Origin: Candidatus Bathyarchaeota archaeon
Lineage (GTDB): Archaea; Thermoproteota; Bathyarchaeia; 40CM-2-53-6
Length of the DNA: 64,000 nt
Reading direction: 5' to 3'
NCBI GenBank assembly: GCA_963833125.1
Contig: CAWHWX010000016.1
Coordinates: 96,001-160,000, forward strand
The position numbers and the translations under genes were made by a program. Shown one piece after another: positions 21,103-30,715 of this stretch. Under the pieces are notes generated by a model that was given only the letters and a program-made list of their open reading frames with translations, had not been told where the DNA came from and searched no databases. The number at the start of each line of letters is the position of its first letter. The stretch's first letter is position 1.

Positions 21103-22089
21103 TTGAATTATCGTCGTTCTCGGCAGCGCCGGTTTGAAGCTCAGTGAGTTATCGCTTGGTGCTTGGGTTACGTACGGGGGCCAGGTTGGTGAAGAGGCGG
21201 CTCTGAAGTGTATGTCAACGGCCTATGAGGCAGGGGTTAACTTCTTCGACAACGCTGAAGCATATGCGGGAGGGAACGCAGAAATCGTCATGGGTAACGT
21301 GCTGAAGAAGACTAAATGGCCTCGAGAGAGCTTTGTGGTGTCGAGCAAAGTCTTCTGGGGTGGCGAAGGGCCCAACGACCGAGGGTTATCCGCGTAAACA
21401 CATTTACGAAGCGTGCCGCCGGTCCTTGAAGCGGTTGCAGCTCGATTATCTCGACCTCTTCTTTTGCCATCGTCCCGATCCCACTACACCGATCGAAGAG
21501 ACGGTACGTGCGATGGACGATTTGGTTCACCAGGGCTTGGTGCTCTATTGGGGGACCTCGGAATGGAGCGCGGCCGATTTAATGCGCACTCATGGGATAT
21601 CACGAGAGCTTGGTCTTACTCCACCGCAAATGGAGCAGCCACAATACAACATGCTACACCGAGAAAGGGTTGAGAAAGAGTACTTGCCCCTGTACCGGGA
21701 AATCGGGTTGGGCACAACGATCTGGAGCCCACTAGCGTCAGGGCTTCTTACTGGGAAGTACAACAAGGGCATACCGCAGGGCACTCGGGCTTCGCTCCAG
21801 GGTTACGAATGGTTGAAAGAGTACGTTCTCACGCCAGAGAATATTGAAAAAGTCAAGAAGTTAGAACCGATCGCTGAAGTCGATGAATTGCACTTTGGCT
21901 CAACTGGCTTTGGCCTGGTGCCTCAAGAACCCGAACGTAAGCACCGTAATCACCGGCGCGACCCGTCCAGAACAGGTCACTGAGAACATGAAGGCTGATG
22001 GAGTGGTTGAGAAACTCAGCTCAGACGTTATCGAGGGGATCGATGGCGTTCTCGGGAACAAGCCAGACCTTCGAAGAAGACTAGTTTGA
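21103..22089 (+). CDS. Aldo/keto reductase (Kv-beta-like subfamily; several frameshifts)
   Basis: [50 protein letters not shown]. Confidence 0.9.
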
Positions 22090-22662
22090 CCCAGATATCG
22101 AATCCAGAAGCCCACGAAGCTTCTTGAAATCCTCCTCCATAACTTTCCTCAATTGGAATGTGTAGAGGGCCGCGGCAGGATGGTACATGGGAAAGAAGGT
22201 GAGGTGTCCGACCTCAAACGGTATCCCATGCAGATCTGTTACGGATTTTTCAGAATCCATTAACGAGTGAATTGCGGAATTCCCCATCGGGCAGATAATC
22301 CGAGGAGTAATCAATCTGATCTGACGGTCTAGGTATGGCCTACATGCTGTGGACTCATCTTTTCTTGGAGGCCTATTATTCGGAGGCCTACACTTGACGA
22401 TATTCGTAATGTAGACGTCCTCCCGCCTCAAACCCACCGATCCTAAGAGTTCGGTCAACAGTTTTCCCGCAGCCCCGACGAAGGGTCGGCCTTGAACGTC
22501 CTCTTGTTCGCCCGGCGCTTCTCCCACGAAAATGATCCTCGAGCTTTCCAAGCCTTCGCCTGGAACAGCGTTTCTTCTAGTCTCGCAGAGTCTGCATTTG
22601 GTACAGGCGACTACTTCGCTTGAAACCTTGGCAATTGAATCCTGGGATTCCGTCGATATCAA
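22081..22662 (-). CDS. Family 4 uracil-DNA glycosylase (4Fe-4S)
   Basis: [36 protein letters not shown]. Confidence 0.93.
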   Translation of the reverse strand: MISTESQDSIAKVSSEVVACTKCRLCETRRNAVPGEGLESSRIIFVGEAPGEQEDVQGRPFVGAAGKLLTELLGSVGLRREDVYITNIVKCRPPNNRPPRKDESTACRPYLDRQIRLITPRIICPMGNSAIHSLMDSEKSVTDLHGIPFEVGHLTFFPMYHPAAALYTFQLRKVMEEDFKKLRGLLDSISGSN

Positions 22663-22765
22663 CTCTACAATGGACTCGAATCAGGGTGTTATCGATGTTG
22701 GCAACGCACGGTATATATTGCACTTTTCCGTCTCAGAGGGAGAATTCATCTCAAGTGGTTCATCG

Positions 22766-22930
22766 ATGCCTATCACTGATGTCGTGAAGAAGCAACTCGC
22801 ACAGAAGGTCAGGTTGCATTACAAGGTTTGCAGGGACTGTGGGGCGCGGAACCCAGAAGCGTCGAACAGGTGCAGAAAATGCCACGGTCACAACCTGCGC
22901 ACGAAGAAGCGCCAACTCGGAGCGAAGTAA
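22766..22930 (+). CDS. rpl40e: 50S ribosomal protein L40e
   Basis: MPITDVVKKQLAQ...KVCRDCGARNP....CRKCH..NLRTKK. TATATATT box about 55 nt upstream. Confidence 0.95.
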   Translation: MPITDVVKKQLAQKVRLHYKVCRDCGARNPEASNRCRKCHGHNLRTKKRQLGAK

Positions 22931-22969
22931 CTCTCTCACTTCAGTTCAATCGCGAGAAACTACACGCGG

Positions 22970-23541
22970 TTACATAGGCTTCAGCCAATCATCTTTCAAC
23001 AATCCAAAGTAATCTTGGTCAATGAAGTGACCACGGAAGAATACGCGCTGGCGAAGACGCCCTTCATATGTGAAACCCAACTTCAGTAAGAGTCCTCTAG
23101 AGGACTCATTTCCTGCCAACGGATTTGCTTCAGCACGATGGAAACCAAGCTCAGCAAACCCGTAACTCAGAATTGCTGAAACTGATTCCGCCATAATGCC
23201 CCGACGCCAATATCCGCGATGGAGTTCATACCCAACTTCGGCACAACGAAGATCAGGACTGAAATTCCAGAAAGTACACGAACCTATAACCCGATCTTCT
23301 CCTACGAGCGTAATGCACCAGAAGATGCATTCGCGATGATCATAAGAAACGTTTGTAATCGTTGAATCCAAGCAAGCGTATCGTCGAGTGACCGATGAGG
23401 CTCTTGCCCATAGCAGCGCGTAACCTCCTGATCAGACTTGACACCAAAGAATGCTTCCGCATCGGATGGCTGAATTTGACGAAGGCATAATCGGTTTGTG
23501 GTGAGAACTGGAAAGCGGGTATAAGCTAAATCAAGACTCAT
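22970..23541 (-). CDS. RimJ/RimL-like GNAT acetyltransferase (frameshift near 23350)
   Basis: FPVLTTNRLCLR, AEVGYEL..YWRRGIM, N..S..LL.KLGF..EG.LR. Confidence 0.85.
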
Positions 23542-23796
23542 CAGATCGCCTGCCTAACATGGGTTCTCGAGTCATGTAACTGAAAGCACAAGAGTCGTGT
23601 CCAGGCTAAAGAAATTCATGGGTTCTTGTGTGGGGAGGCGGTCAAAACCTTTAACGGAAATGAGACCGCTTGCTTTCGTCAAGGAACTTGATGAGATGTA
23701 GTTGAACCGATCTGACGATGCAAACATTCACGCAAGAGAGTTTGTGGTGAATAGGCGTTACCAGAATTTTGCGGAGGGAATAGGGTGGGAGTGAGG

Positions 23797-24099
23797 CTAA
23801 GAGATTCCCATCTGGGCCTTAGCTTCTTCACTCATCTTGTCCGGGCTCCATGGTGGGTCCCAGACTAGTTCTACCTTAGCATCTTTCACGCCGTTCATCG
23901 CTTTGATTTTGGATTTTACCTCTTCCGCTATCATGCCGCCCATCATACAGCCGGGAGCTGTTAGCGTCATTTTGATGCCAATGTTTCCATCATCGTTGAG
24001 GTCGATTCCATATACTAGTCCGAGGTCCCAGATGTTGATTGGGATTTCCGGGTCGTAGCAGTCTTTGAGCACTGTTATTACTTCATCTTTAGTGATCAT
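23797..24099 (-). CDS. DUF59 / Fe-S cluster assembly factor (SufT-like)
   Basis: DPEIPINIWDLGLVY, MTLTAPGC, WDPPWSP. Confidence 0.9.
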   Translation of the reverse strand: MITKDEVITVLKDCYDPEIPINIWDLGLVYGIDLNDDGNIGIKMTLTAPGCMMGGMIAEEVKSKIKAMNGVKDAKVELVWDPPWSPDKMSEEAKAQMGIS

Positions 24100-24170
24100 T
24101 CTATTAATCACCTCTCGTCAAGATGGGACTAGTCGCGTTTCGCTTCCCTATTAATCTTAGTCTGATCCAT

Positions 24171-25337
24171 TCAGCTTGCCTTCTGTTCAGACCATGCAAT
24201 CGGCATAGCCCCGGGTATTGGCTCAAGGAGACTCGTAGCGTTCACTCTGATGGCTCTGGTGACATCTTCGAACAGCGGGTTGCTGTAATCTTCTATCTTA
24301 CCCTCGTCCGCTAACCTTGCGATATCAGGGTCTATTGGGATCGCCCCAAGGAAGGGAATCCCAGCTTTTTTGGCTGCCTCAGGGGCCTTGCTTCTGCCGA
24401 AGATCTCTGTCTTCTCGCCGCAGTGTGGACATATTACGTAGCTCATGTTCTCAATTAGGCCTAGAATCTTCACCGCGTTCAGCTGTTCGCTCAAGGTCTT
24501 GGCCATGTTGATCGCCTTCGCCACCACCATCAGCGCCAAATCCTGAGGTGTCGTAACGACAATTACTCCCTGCAAGGGTAGCGACTGAAAAACCGTCAGC
24601 GGGGCATCAGACGTTCCCGGCGGCAAATCCGTCAGGAGGAAGTGTAATTCTCCCCATTCAATGTCTTGGAACATCTGGCGGATCACGCTGTTGATGATTG
24701 GGCCACGCACGATCACCGGCATTTGGGGTTCTTCGAGAATCAAATTCATCGAAACAACTTTGATGCCAGTCCGCGTAACTGCGGGCAGCACATGCTTGTC
24801 CGCCGTAACGAAGAGTGGGCCCTTCAACCCGAACATCTTAGCTATGCTCGGTCCTGTGATGTCGGCGTCAAGGATGCCTACCTTGTAACCAAGCCTAGTT
24901 AATTGGACCGCTAGGAATGCGGTAACGAATGATTTCCCTACGCCGCCTTTTCCGGACATTATTGCAAGTACGTTTCGGATGCCCTTTCGCTCAAGGCGGT
25001 TGATTCCGGGCGGCATCGTGGAACCGGGCTTCTGTGCTTGGGCCGCCGCCATCTGACCTTGTATCTTGGTGCGTAGCTGTCCGAGTTCTTCCTTGGTCAT
25101 GACGGTGGTCTCGACGTTAACCGTCTTGACGCCTGGGAGTTTGGTCACCGCATTTTCAACGTCTGTCGATATTGTCTTTGAGAGCGGGCATCCGCCAACG
25201 GTAAGTGCGATGAGAACTTTGACCCGGTCTCCTTGAATCTCTACATCCTTGACCATTTGTAAGTTGACTATGGAAATGTGAAGTTCTGGGTCTATGACAT
25301 CCTTCAGCGATCCCATTACTTGGTCCTTTGAAACCAC
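24171..25337 (-). CDS. Mrp/NBP35 Fe-S carrier ATPase with N-terminal DUF59
   Basis: DPEL..IV, SGKGGVGKS, DADITGPS, DLPPGTSD, ENMS..CPHCG. Confidence 0.92.
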   Translation of the reverse strand: MVSKDQVMGSLKDVIDPELHISIVNLQMVKDVEIQGDRVKVLIALTVGGCPLSKTISTDVENAVTKLPGVKTVNVETTVMTKEELGQLRTKIQGQMAAAQAQKPGSTMPPGINRLERKGIRNVLAIMSGKGGVGKSFVTAFLAVQLTRLGYKVGILDADITGPSIAKMFGLKGPLFVTADKHVLPAVTRTGIKVVSMNLILEEPQMPVIVRGPIINSVIRQMFQDIEWGELHFLLTDLPPGTSDAPLTVFQSLPLQGVIVVTTPQDLALMVVAKAINMAKTLSEQLNAVKILGLIENMSYVICPHCGEKTEIFGRSKAPEAAKKAGIPFLGAIPIDPDIARLADEGKIEDYSNPLFEDVTRAIRVNATSLLEPIPGAMPIAWSEQKAS

Positions 25338-25483
25338 GACTATATTCCTCAGAATCCCTTTTCATCATCAGCGAGGAGCGGGCGGATAATAACCGTTGTT
25401 GATTCTTCCGCTCCCTGAATCTTGTCTGTCGGTAACGAGTCCCAACATCGTGGGACCCGCCCAGATTTCCATGTCAGCGGAGA

Positions 25484-26026
25484 TTAGATGTATCCTGCCT
25501 CTCGTAGAATGTCTCTGTGGCCACGGCCAACCTTGATTTGCCGAACGTCCTTGGGTTTAACAAACCGCATTTCGCTCCACCATGGTCTAAGTCTGGGCAG
25601 TTCTTTGGTCCTCATCTCGTAGACAAAACAGATGTCCCAATGCTTGCCCACGTTCCCTTTCTTCAGCCTAGACGCTGGCCGGAGATGCGATTGCACCATG
25701 ACGAAGTTAGGCTTGCCCTTCAGGCCAACCCACTCTCGTGCGATCCTAACTGCCGCATTGCCAGGGGACTCCCACATTTTCAGATGGGTCGCTGGTAAGA
25801 TCCAAGTTCCTTCTTTCTCGAGCTCTGCGGCGTGTCTCTTTGGGAAGCCTCCTTGGGTCGGCCAGGCATCATGAGCATGCGGACGCCCTAGTAGAATCCA
25901 TTCGCCGCGTTGACAGATTACGAACGCTGAAAGGCAGACGCCCGAGTCTGGGACATGAATTAGCCATGAAGGGTCGTTCGGTCCAAGTCGAGCCCAACGC
26001 TTCGTTATCGGAGCGGGTGTTGTCAA
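25484..26026 (-). CDS. Nudix-fold protein with degenerate Nudix box
   Basis: ILLGRP...WILPATHL..WESP..AAVRIAREWVG, HWDICFVY. Confidence 0.7.
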   Translation of the reverse strand: MTTPAPITKRWARLGPNDPSWLIHVPDSGVCLSAFVICQRGEWILLGRPHAHDAWPTQGGFPKRHAAELEKEGTWILPATHLKMWESPGNAAVRIAREWVGLKGKPNFVMVQSHLRPASRLKKGNVGKHWDICFVYEMRTKELPRLRPWWSEMRFVKPKDVRQIKVGRGHRDILREAGYI

Positions 26027-26154
26027 TCCTTCGTCATCCTCATTCTGCGATCTGAGTTCAAGATTGATGTAACGTAGCTCAGTATTTTCACAGAAATAAG
26101 TTACGTTACTTGGACTTCCCATGTTTAATAGATTGAAAAACATTTGGCCACATT

Positions 26155-26541
26155 ATGAATCCCGTAGTCCATTTTGAAATACCCGCAGAGGATAGGAAGC
26201 GCATGGCCAAGTTTTATGGGAGCGTATTTGGTTGGCAGACTCAACAGCTTGGCCCCGAGATGGGAGAGTTCGTTCTCGTTACGACCACCGAATCCGAGAA
26301 CAACATGCCAAAGAAACCAGGCACAATCAATGGTGGCTTTTACCAGAAAACAGGAGATGTAGCCCAAACTACCACTGTGACTATTCAGGTAGATGACGTA
26401 AAAGAGCACATGAAAAAGATTCAAGCAGCGGGCGGCAAATTGTCTGGTGAACCGATGGAGATACCCGGTGTCGGCTGGTTTGTTTCATTCTTTGATACCG
26501 AAGGCAATAGAGTAAACATCATCCAGCCCACTGGCCACTGA
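26155..26541 (+). CDS. VOC/glyoxalase family protein
   Basis: VVHFEIPAED, FY..VFGW, GTINGG, DTEGN. Confidence 0.92.
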   Translation: MNPVVHFEIPAEDRKRMAKFYGSVFGWQTQQLGPEMGEFVLVTTTESENNMPKKPGTINGGFYQKTGDVAQTTTVTIQVDDVKEHMKKIQAAGGKLSGEPMEIPGVGWFVSFFDTEGNRVNIIQPTGH

Positions 26542-26583
26542 GAATATCGACTAGCCCACTTAATCTCAGCTACCCTCAAGTGA

Positions 26584-27897
26584 TCAAGGTAGCAGTCTTT
26601 CCGGGGTTCTTGGAAAGAGCGTTGTTTCCCGGATATTCTCCTTTCCAAGCAACGCCATCGTGAACCTCTCGATTCCGAGACAGAAGCCACCGTGCGGCGG
26701 GACTCCGAACTTGAACGGGTCGGTGAACCACTTCATCCCTTCCGCGTTGATATTCTGCTCTGTTACTTGTGACATGAGTTTGTCGTAGCGGTGTTCTCGC
26801 TGTCCTCCCGACGATTGCTCTATGCCTCCATATACGAAGTCGACGCTTCGCGCCCACTGCGGCTCCTCGTCGACCCGCATTACGTAGAAGGGTTTGACTT
26901 TGGATGGGTATCGGTTGACGAAGAACGCATTCGTCTTATGTTTCTCCTGAACATGTTTTGTAAGTATGCTCTCGCCTTCCTTTCCAACCTCATTGCCGTA
27001 AGGAATCTTCTTCCCGTACTCTTCAAGGATTTCGTAAATCTGAGGGTAACGCATCTCAGGAAACGGCGTCTTTGGGAGTTTCACTTCAACCTTCAACAAT
27101 GCTAGTTCGCGTGAACAGTCCCTTTCAACCTTCTTCAATGCTGCGACTGCAACTTCCTCCTCAACTCTCATCATGTCCGTTTCGTCGTTCATGAAGCCGA
27201 ATTCAACGGCCATGCCTCTATGCTCGCAGAGATGTTGCGTTGTGTGGGATAGCTCCGCTCTCCAATTGGGTCCGAGGTCGTAGATCTTGTCGAGGCCAGC
27301 TGCGATGCACAACTGCCTATGCAATTGAGGATCTTGGCGCAAGAATGCTTCTTTTCCGAAGTAGTCAGTTTTGAAAACCTCAGCCCCACCCTCCGACGTG
27401 CCGCCAAGCAAGCATGGAGTGAAGACTTGGAGGTAGGCATTTTGCTTCAGGTATTCTATCATTCCCTCTACTAGTTTAGATTGAATTTGGAATATTGCGA
27501 AGTTCTCGGGTCTCCTGAGGTCAATGACCCGCCAGTCTAGGCGAACATCAAGGTTCGATTCAATCTTTCCTGACATATCGAGGGGCGCCGCTGCTTGCGC
27601 TTTGACTATTACCTCAATTTTTGAGGGTGTAATCTCCGAGCCTATCTTTGCTATCCGTTGTTGAACAGGAGTACCTTCAACGACGATTACATCCTCCTTG
27701 CTCAATTTCTCTGTAGCCTGGATCAATTCGGGTGGGGCACTCGATTTTGAGATTGTGACCTGTGCAACTCCGCCCCTATCCCTTAGCCAGATGAATCTTA
27801 TCCGTGCAAGTTCCTTGATGTCATGTACCCAGCCCGCTAGAACGACTGTTCCTTTCGTGTTCTCGATCTCGTTTGTGTAGTGCGTGCGTTTGAGCAA
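26584..27897 (-). CDS. aspS: Aspartyl-tRNA synthetase (archaeal type, divergent active site)
   Basis: OB domain AGWVH..LRDRGG..Q, EGGAEVF, WRAE, SGGQREH, PPHGGFCLGIER, FPR. Confidence 0.85.
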   Translation of the reverse strand: MLKRTHYTNEIENTKGTVVLAGWVHDIKELARIRFIWLRDRGGVAQVTISKSSAPPELIQATEKLSKEDVIVVEGTPVQQRIAKIGSEITPSKIEVIVKAQAAAPLDMSGKIESNLDVRLDWRVIDLRRPENFAIFQIQSKLVEGMIEYLKQNAYLQVFTPCLLGGTSEGGAEVFKTDYFGKEAFLRQDPQLHRQLCIAAGLDKIYDLGPNWRAELSHTTQHLCEHRGMAVEFGFMNDETDMMRVEEEVAVAALKKVERDCSRELALLKVEVKLPKTPFPEMRYPQIYEILEEYGKKIPYGNEVGKEGESILTKHVQEKHKTNAFFVNRYPSKVKPFYVMRVDEEPQWARSVDFVYGGIEQSSGGQREHRYDKLMSQVTEQNINAEGMKWFTDPFKFGVPPHGGFCLGIERFTMALLGKENIRETTLFPRTPERLLP

Positions 27898-27940
27898 TAG
27901 AGACTACCCTTCTGAATGCAGTCTCTACTGGTAATACTTG

Positions 27941-28822
27941 TTAATTTAGGATAAGCTTTGGTCGTTTGATGAGTTTTGCAATTTCGCCGGGTTTGAGTGC
28001 GATCCTAACCCCAGCTGCCCTGAGTGCTTCTATCTTGGTCTCAGCGGTTCCGGCCTTACCTGTGATTATTGCACCTGCGTGACCCATTCTTTTTCCTGCT
28101 GGAGCTCCACGCCCGGCGATGTAGGCTACGATGGGTTTGGGATACTTTGTTTTCTTGACATAATCCGCCGCCGTCTCCTCGGCGTTACCGCCGATTTCGC
28201 CAATCATCGCGATGGCTTTTGTTGCAGGGTCCTTCCTGAACATTGTGAATACATCGACAAAACTCATGCCGACTACGGGGTCCCCGCCGACTCCGAGACA
28301 TGTTGATTGGCCCAAGCCGGCGTTGGTGAGGCTTGCTGCAATTTCGTAGGTTAGGGTTCCGCTTCTGGATACTAATCCTACCTCTCCGGGTTTGAAGATG
28401 TGGCTAGGCATGATGCCTAGTTTGCATTGGGCTGGTGTTATGATTCCGGGAGTATTGGGACCGATGATCGTTGTCCCCTTTCGTCGTGCAATTTCCATGA
28501 TCTGGATTTCGTCTTTAACCGGGATTCCTTCGGTGATGACCACGACTGGGTTTAAGTTGGCAGCTATCGCCTCAAGCACTGCATCTTTAGCATGAGGTGC
28601 CGGCACGAAGATGATTGACGCATCTGCTTTCACCTTTTCAAGTGCTTCTTGCGCAGTATCAAACACAGGAACGGTGTGAACTTTTTGGCCGCTTCGTCCG
28701 GGGGTGACTCCGGCGACGATCTTTGTCCCGTATTCGAGCATTAGTTTGGTGTGGAATTGTCCTTGTGAACCGGTTATGCCCCAGACAATTGCCTTTGTTT
28801 TGCGCCCTACCAGAATTGCCAT
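27941..28822 (-). CDS. sucD: Succinyl-CoA synthetase alpha subunit
   Basis: GITG..G.FHT, IGPNTPG, SRSGTLTYE, GEIGG, MGHAGA. Confidence 0.95.
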   Translation of the reverse strand: MAILVGRKTKAIVWGITGSQGQFHTKLMLEYGTKIVAGVTPGRSGQKVHTVPVFDTAQEALEKVKADASIIFVPAPHAKDAVLEAIAANLNPVVVITEGIPVKDEIQIMEIARRKGTTIIGPNTPGIITPAQCKLGIMPSHIFKPGEVGLVSRSGTLTYEIAASLTNAGLGQSTCLGVGGDPVVGMSFVDVFTMFRKDPATKAIAMIGEIGGNAEETAADYVKKTKYPKPIVAYIAGRGAPAGKRMGHAGAIITGKAGTAETKIEALRAAGVRIALKPGEIAKLIKRPKLILN

Positions 28823-28823
28823 G

Positions 28824-29969
28824 TTAGGATGCACCCGAAGTTAGGGAGACGGCTTTCTCTGCTGCTTCTTCCATACTGTTCAAGGATGGGATGTGAGCCG
28901 CTGCAAGAATCTTCTGTCCTTCTTTTTCGTTTGTGCCAACGAGTCTTATGACCATGGGTATCGTTATGCCCATTTTCTTCTGAATGTCTAGAATGGCTCG
29001 GGCTACATCGTCGCAACGCGTGATTCCTCCCATGATGTTGATGAGAAGAACCTTCACTCTCGGGTTCGCAAGGACGATCTCCAGTGCGGCCGCAATTCTC
29101 TCTTCACTGGCACCTCCTCCTACATCGCAGAAGTTGGCGGGTTTTCCTTTGTAGTCAATGATCATATCCAAGGTGGCCATTACGAGACCCGCTCCATTTC
29201 CGATTATTCCTACACTTCCTTCTAGTTCAACGAACGCCAGCCCTTTCTCTCGTGCCTTGATTTCGAGGTCAGTCATGTCTGGCTCCATAGTCTTTGAACG
29301 CTCCTGGAATTTCTTCTGTCTGAATAGTGAGTTGTCGTCTACGAGTATTCTGAGGTCTGCGGCAATGATATCGCCCGCTTTTGTTTCGATCAGGGGGTTT
29401 GATTCGATAAGTTCCCCGTCGTATTGCAGCAAGATCTGGTAGAGTTTACCGATAATACTCGCGACTTTGGCCATCTGGCCCCCGGAATAGCCAAGTTGCT
29501 TTGCAACGGTTCTGGCTTCGAATTCCTGTAAACCCAATAGCGGATCAATTCTGTACCGGATGATCTTCTCGGGGTGAGACGAGGCAACCTCCTCGATATC
29601 GACTCCTCCCTCTGGTGAGCAGAGGATTGTGTAACATTTGGATCCTCGATCCACAACTATACTCACATAACGCTCGTATTTGCTCTCAAGTTGTTCCTCT
29701 ACCAGAACTTTTGCAACCTTCTCTCCCTTCACAGTCATGGTAAGGATCGATCGTGCAACTCGTTCTGCTTCTTCAGGACTAGAAGCCGGTTTGATTGCTC
29801 CAGCCTTACCGCGGCCGGCCACGAGGACTTGCGCCTTAATCATCGATGGTCGTCCTAGTTTTGTATAAGCGTCTTTTGCCTCGGCTGAGGTTGATGCGAT
29901 AAATCCGGTTGGAACGGGCAGGCCGTATTGGCGCGCGATCTCCTTGGCCTCATATTCAAACAGCTTCAA
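28824..29969 (-). CDS. sucC: Succinyl-CoA synthetase beta subunit
   Basis: MKLFEYEAK, KAQV..GRGKAG, GNGAGLVMATLD, PANFCDVGGGA, GGITRCD. Confidence 0.95.
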   Translation of the reverse strand: MKLFEYEAKEIARQYGLPVPTGFIASTSAEAKDAYTKLGRPSMIKAQVLVAGRGKAGAIKPASSPEEAERVARSILTMTVKGEKVAKVLVEEQLESKYERYVSIVVDRGSKCYTILCSPEGGVDIEEVASSHPEKIIRYRIDPLLGLQEFEARTVAKQLGYSGGQMAKVASIIGKLYQILLQYDGELIESNPLIETKAGDIIAADLRILVDDNSLFRQKKFQERSKTMEPDMTDLEIKAREKGLAFVELEGSVGIIGNGAGLVMATLDMIIDYKGKPANFCDVGGGASEERIAAALEIVLANPRVKVLLINIMGGITRCDDVARAILDIQKKMGITIPMVIRLVGTNEKEGQKILAAAHIPSLNSMEEAAEKAVSLTSGAS

Positions 29970-30196
29970 CTTCGATCACCGCCCCAGACGATATGTCGCC
30001 CTAGACTGAGGGTTTGGTAATAAAATAGACTCAGGTTTTTCAGCCTTGACTAGAAACCCGTTTTGTTAGTCAATCATGGTTTTCATGACCAAATTGTTCA
30101 AATAGGTTGCGCGGTGTCGTGATGTGAGATGACGCTGGTTTCGCAAACGCGGAGCTGGCTGACGAACTGTAGGATTCAGATAATAGTTGAGAGTGA

Positions 30197-30715
30197 ATGG
30201 TAAAGACGATTCTGGATGCATTTTGCGTGAAGTCGGGCATCCTCTGCCGTAGATGTGAGGAGAAGCTTGAGAAAGGGCAGATCACCGACTTAGATCTCAA
30301 GGTTATCCAGCGAATGGTGGAACTGGAGAAGGAGCATCCAGTTCTTCAGGACGTTACTTACCATCGCTCCGTTGAGGCCGATGGAACGATGGCTGTTCTT
30401 GTGGATCGGAAGGATATTCCGAGATTGCTTGGAGGTGGGGCGAAGATCGTCAAAGACCTTGGCGACACTTTCGGCAAGCGCGTTAAGTTGATCAGCTATG
30501 GTGGTGACGACCGTGAGTTCCTCGAGGATCTCTTTAGCCCGCTTTCAATTCTCACAATAAATACGATCTGGATTCCAGACGGTAGCACCGAGACTAAAGT
30601 TATTCTCACCGGACGACAGCCCCGCAGGATGCCGGTGGACGTCGATATAGTGAAGGCGATGGCTCAAGAACTCAAGGGTATGACCCTTAGGGTTGAATTC
30701 GAGCGCGACTACTAG
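30197..30715 (+). CDS. Archaeal NusA-like KH protein with N-terminal Cys motif
   Basis: FCVKSGILCRRCE, KH-like LLGGGAKIVK. Confidence 0.75.
   Translation: MVKTILDAFCVKSGILCRRCEEKLEKGQITDLDLKVIQRMVELEKEHPVLQDVTYHRSVEADGTMAVLVDRKDIPRLLGGGAKIVKDLGDTFGKRVKLISYGGDDREFLEDLFSPLSILTINTIWIPDGSTETKVILTGRQPRRMPVDVDIVKAMAQELKGMTLRVEFERDY

Noticed and set aside
23719-23731. 12-nt reverse-complement match to 39253-39264 as an sRNA-target pair
   Set aside because: The gene there is on the minus strand, so the match is sense to its mRNA; a 12-mer hit is plausible by chance.
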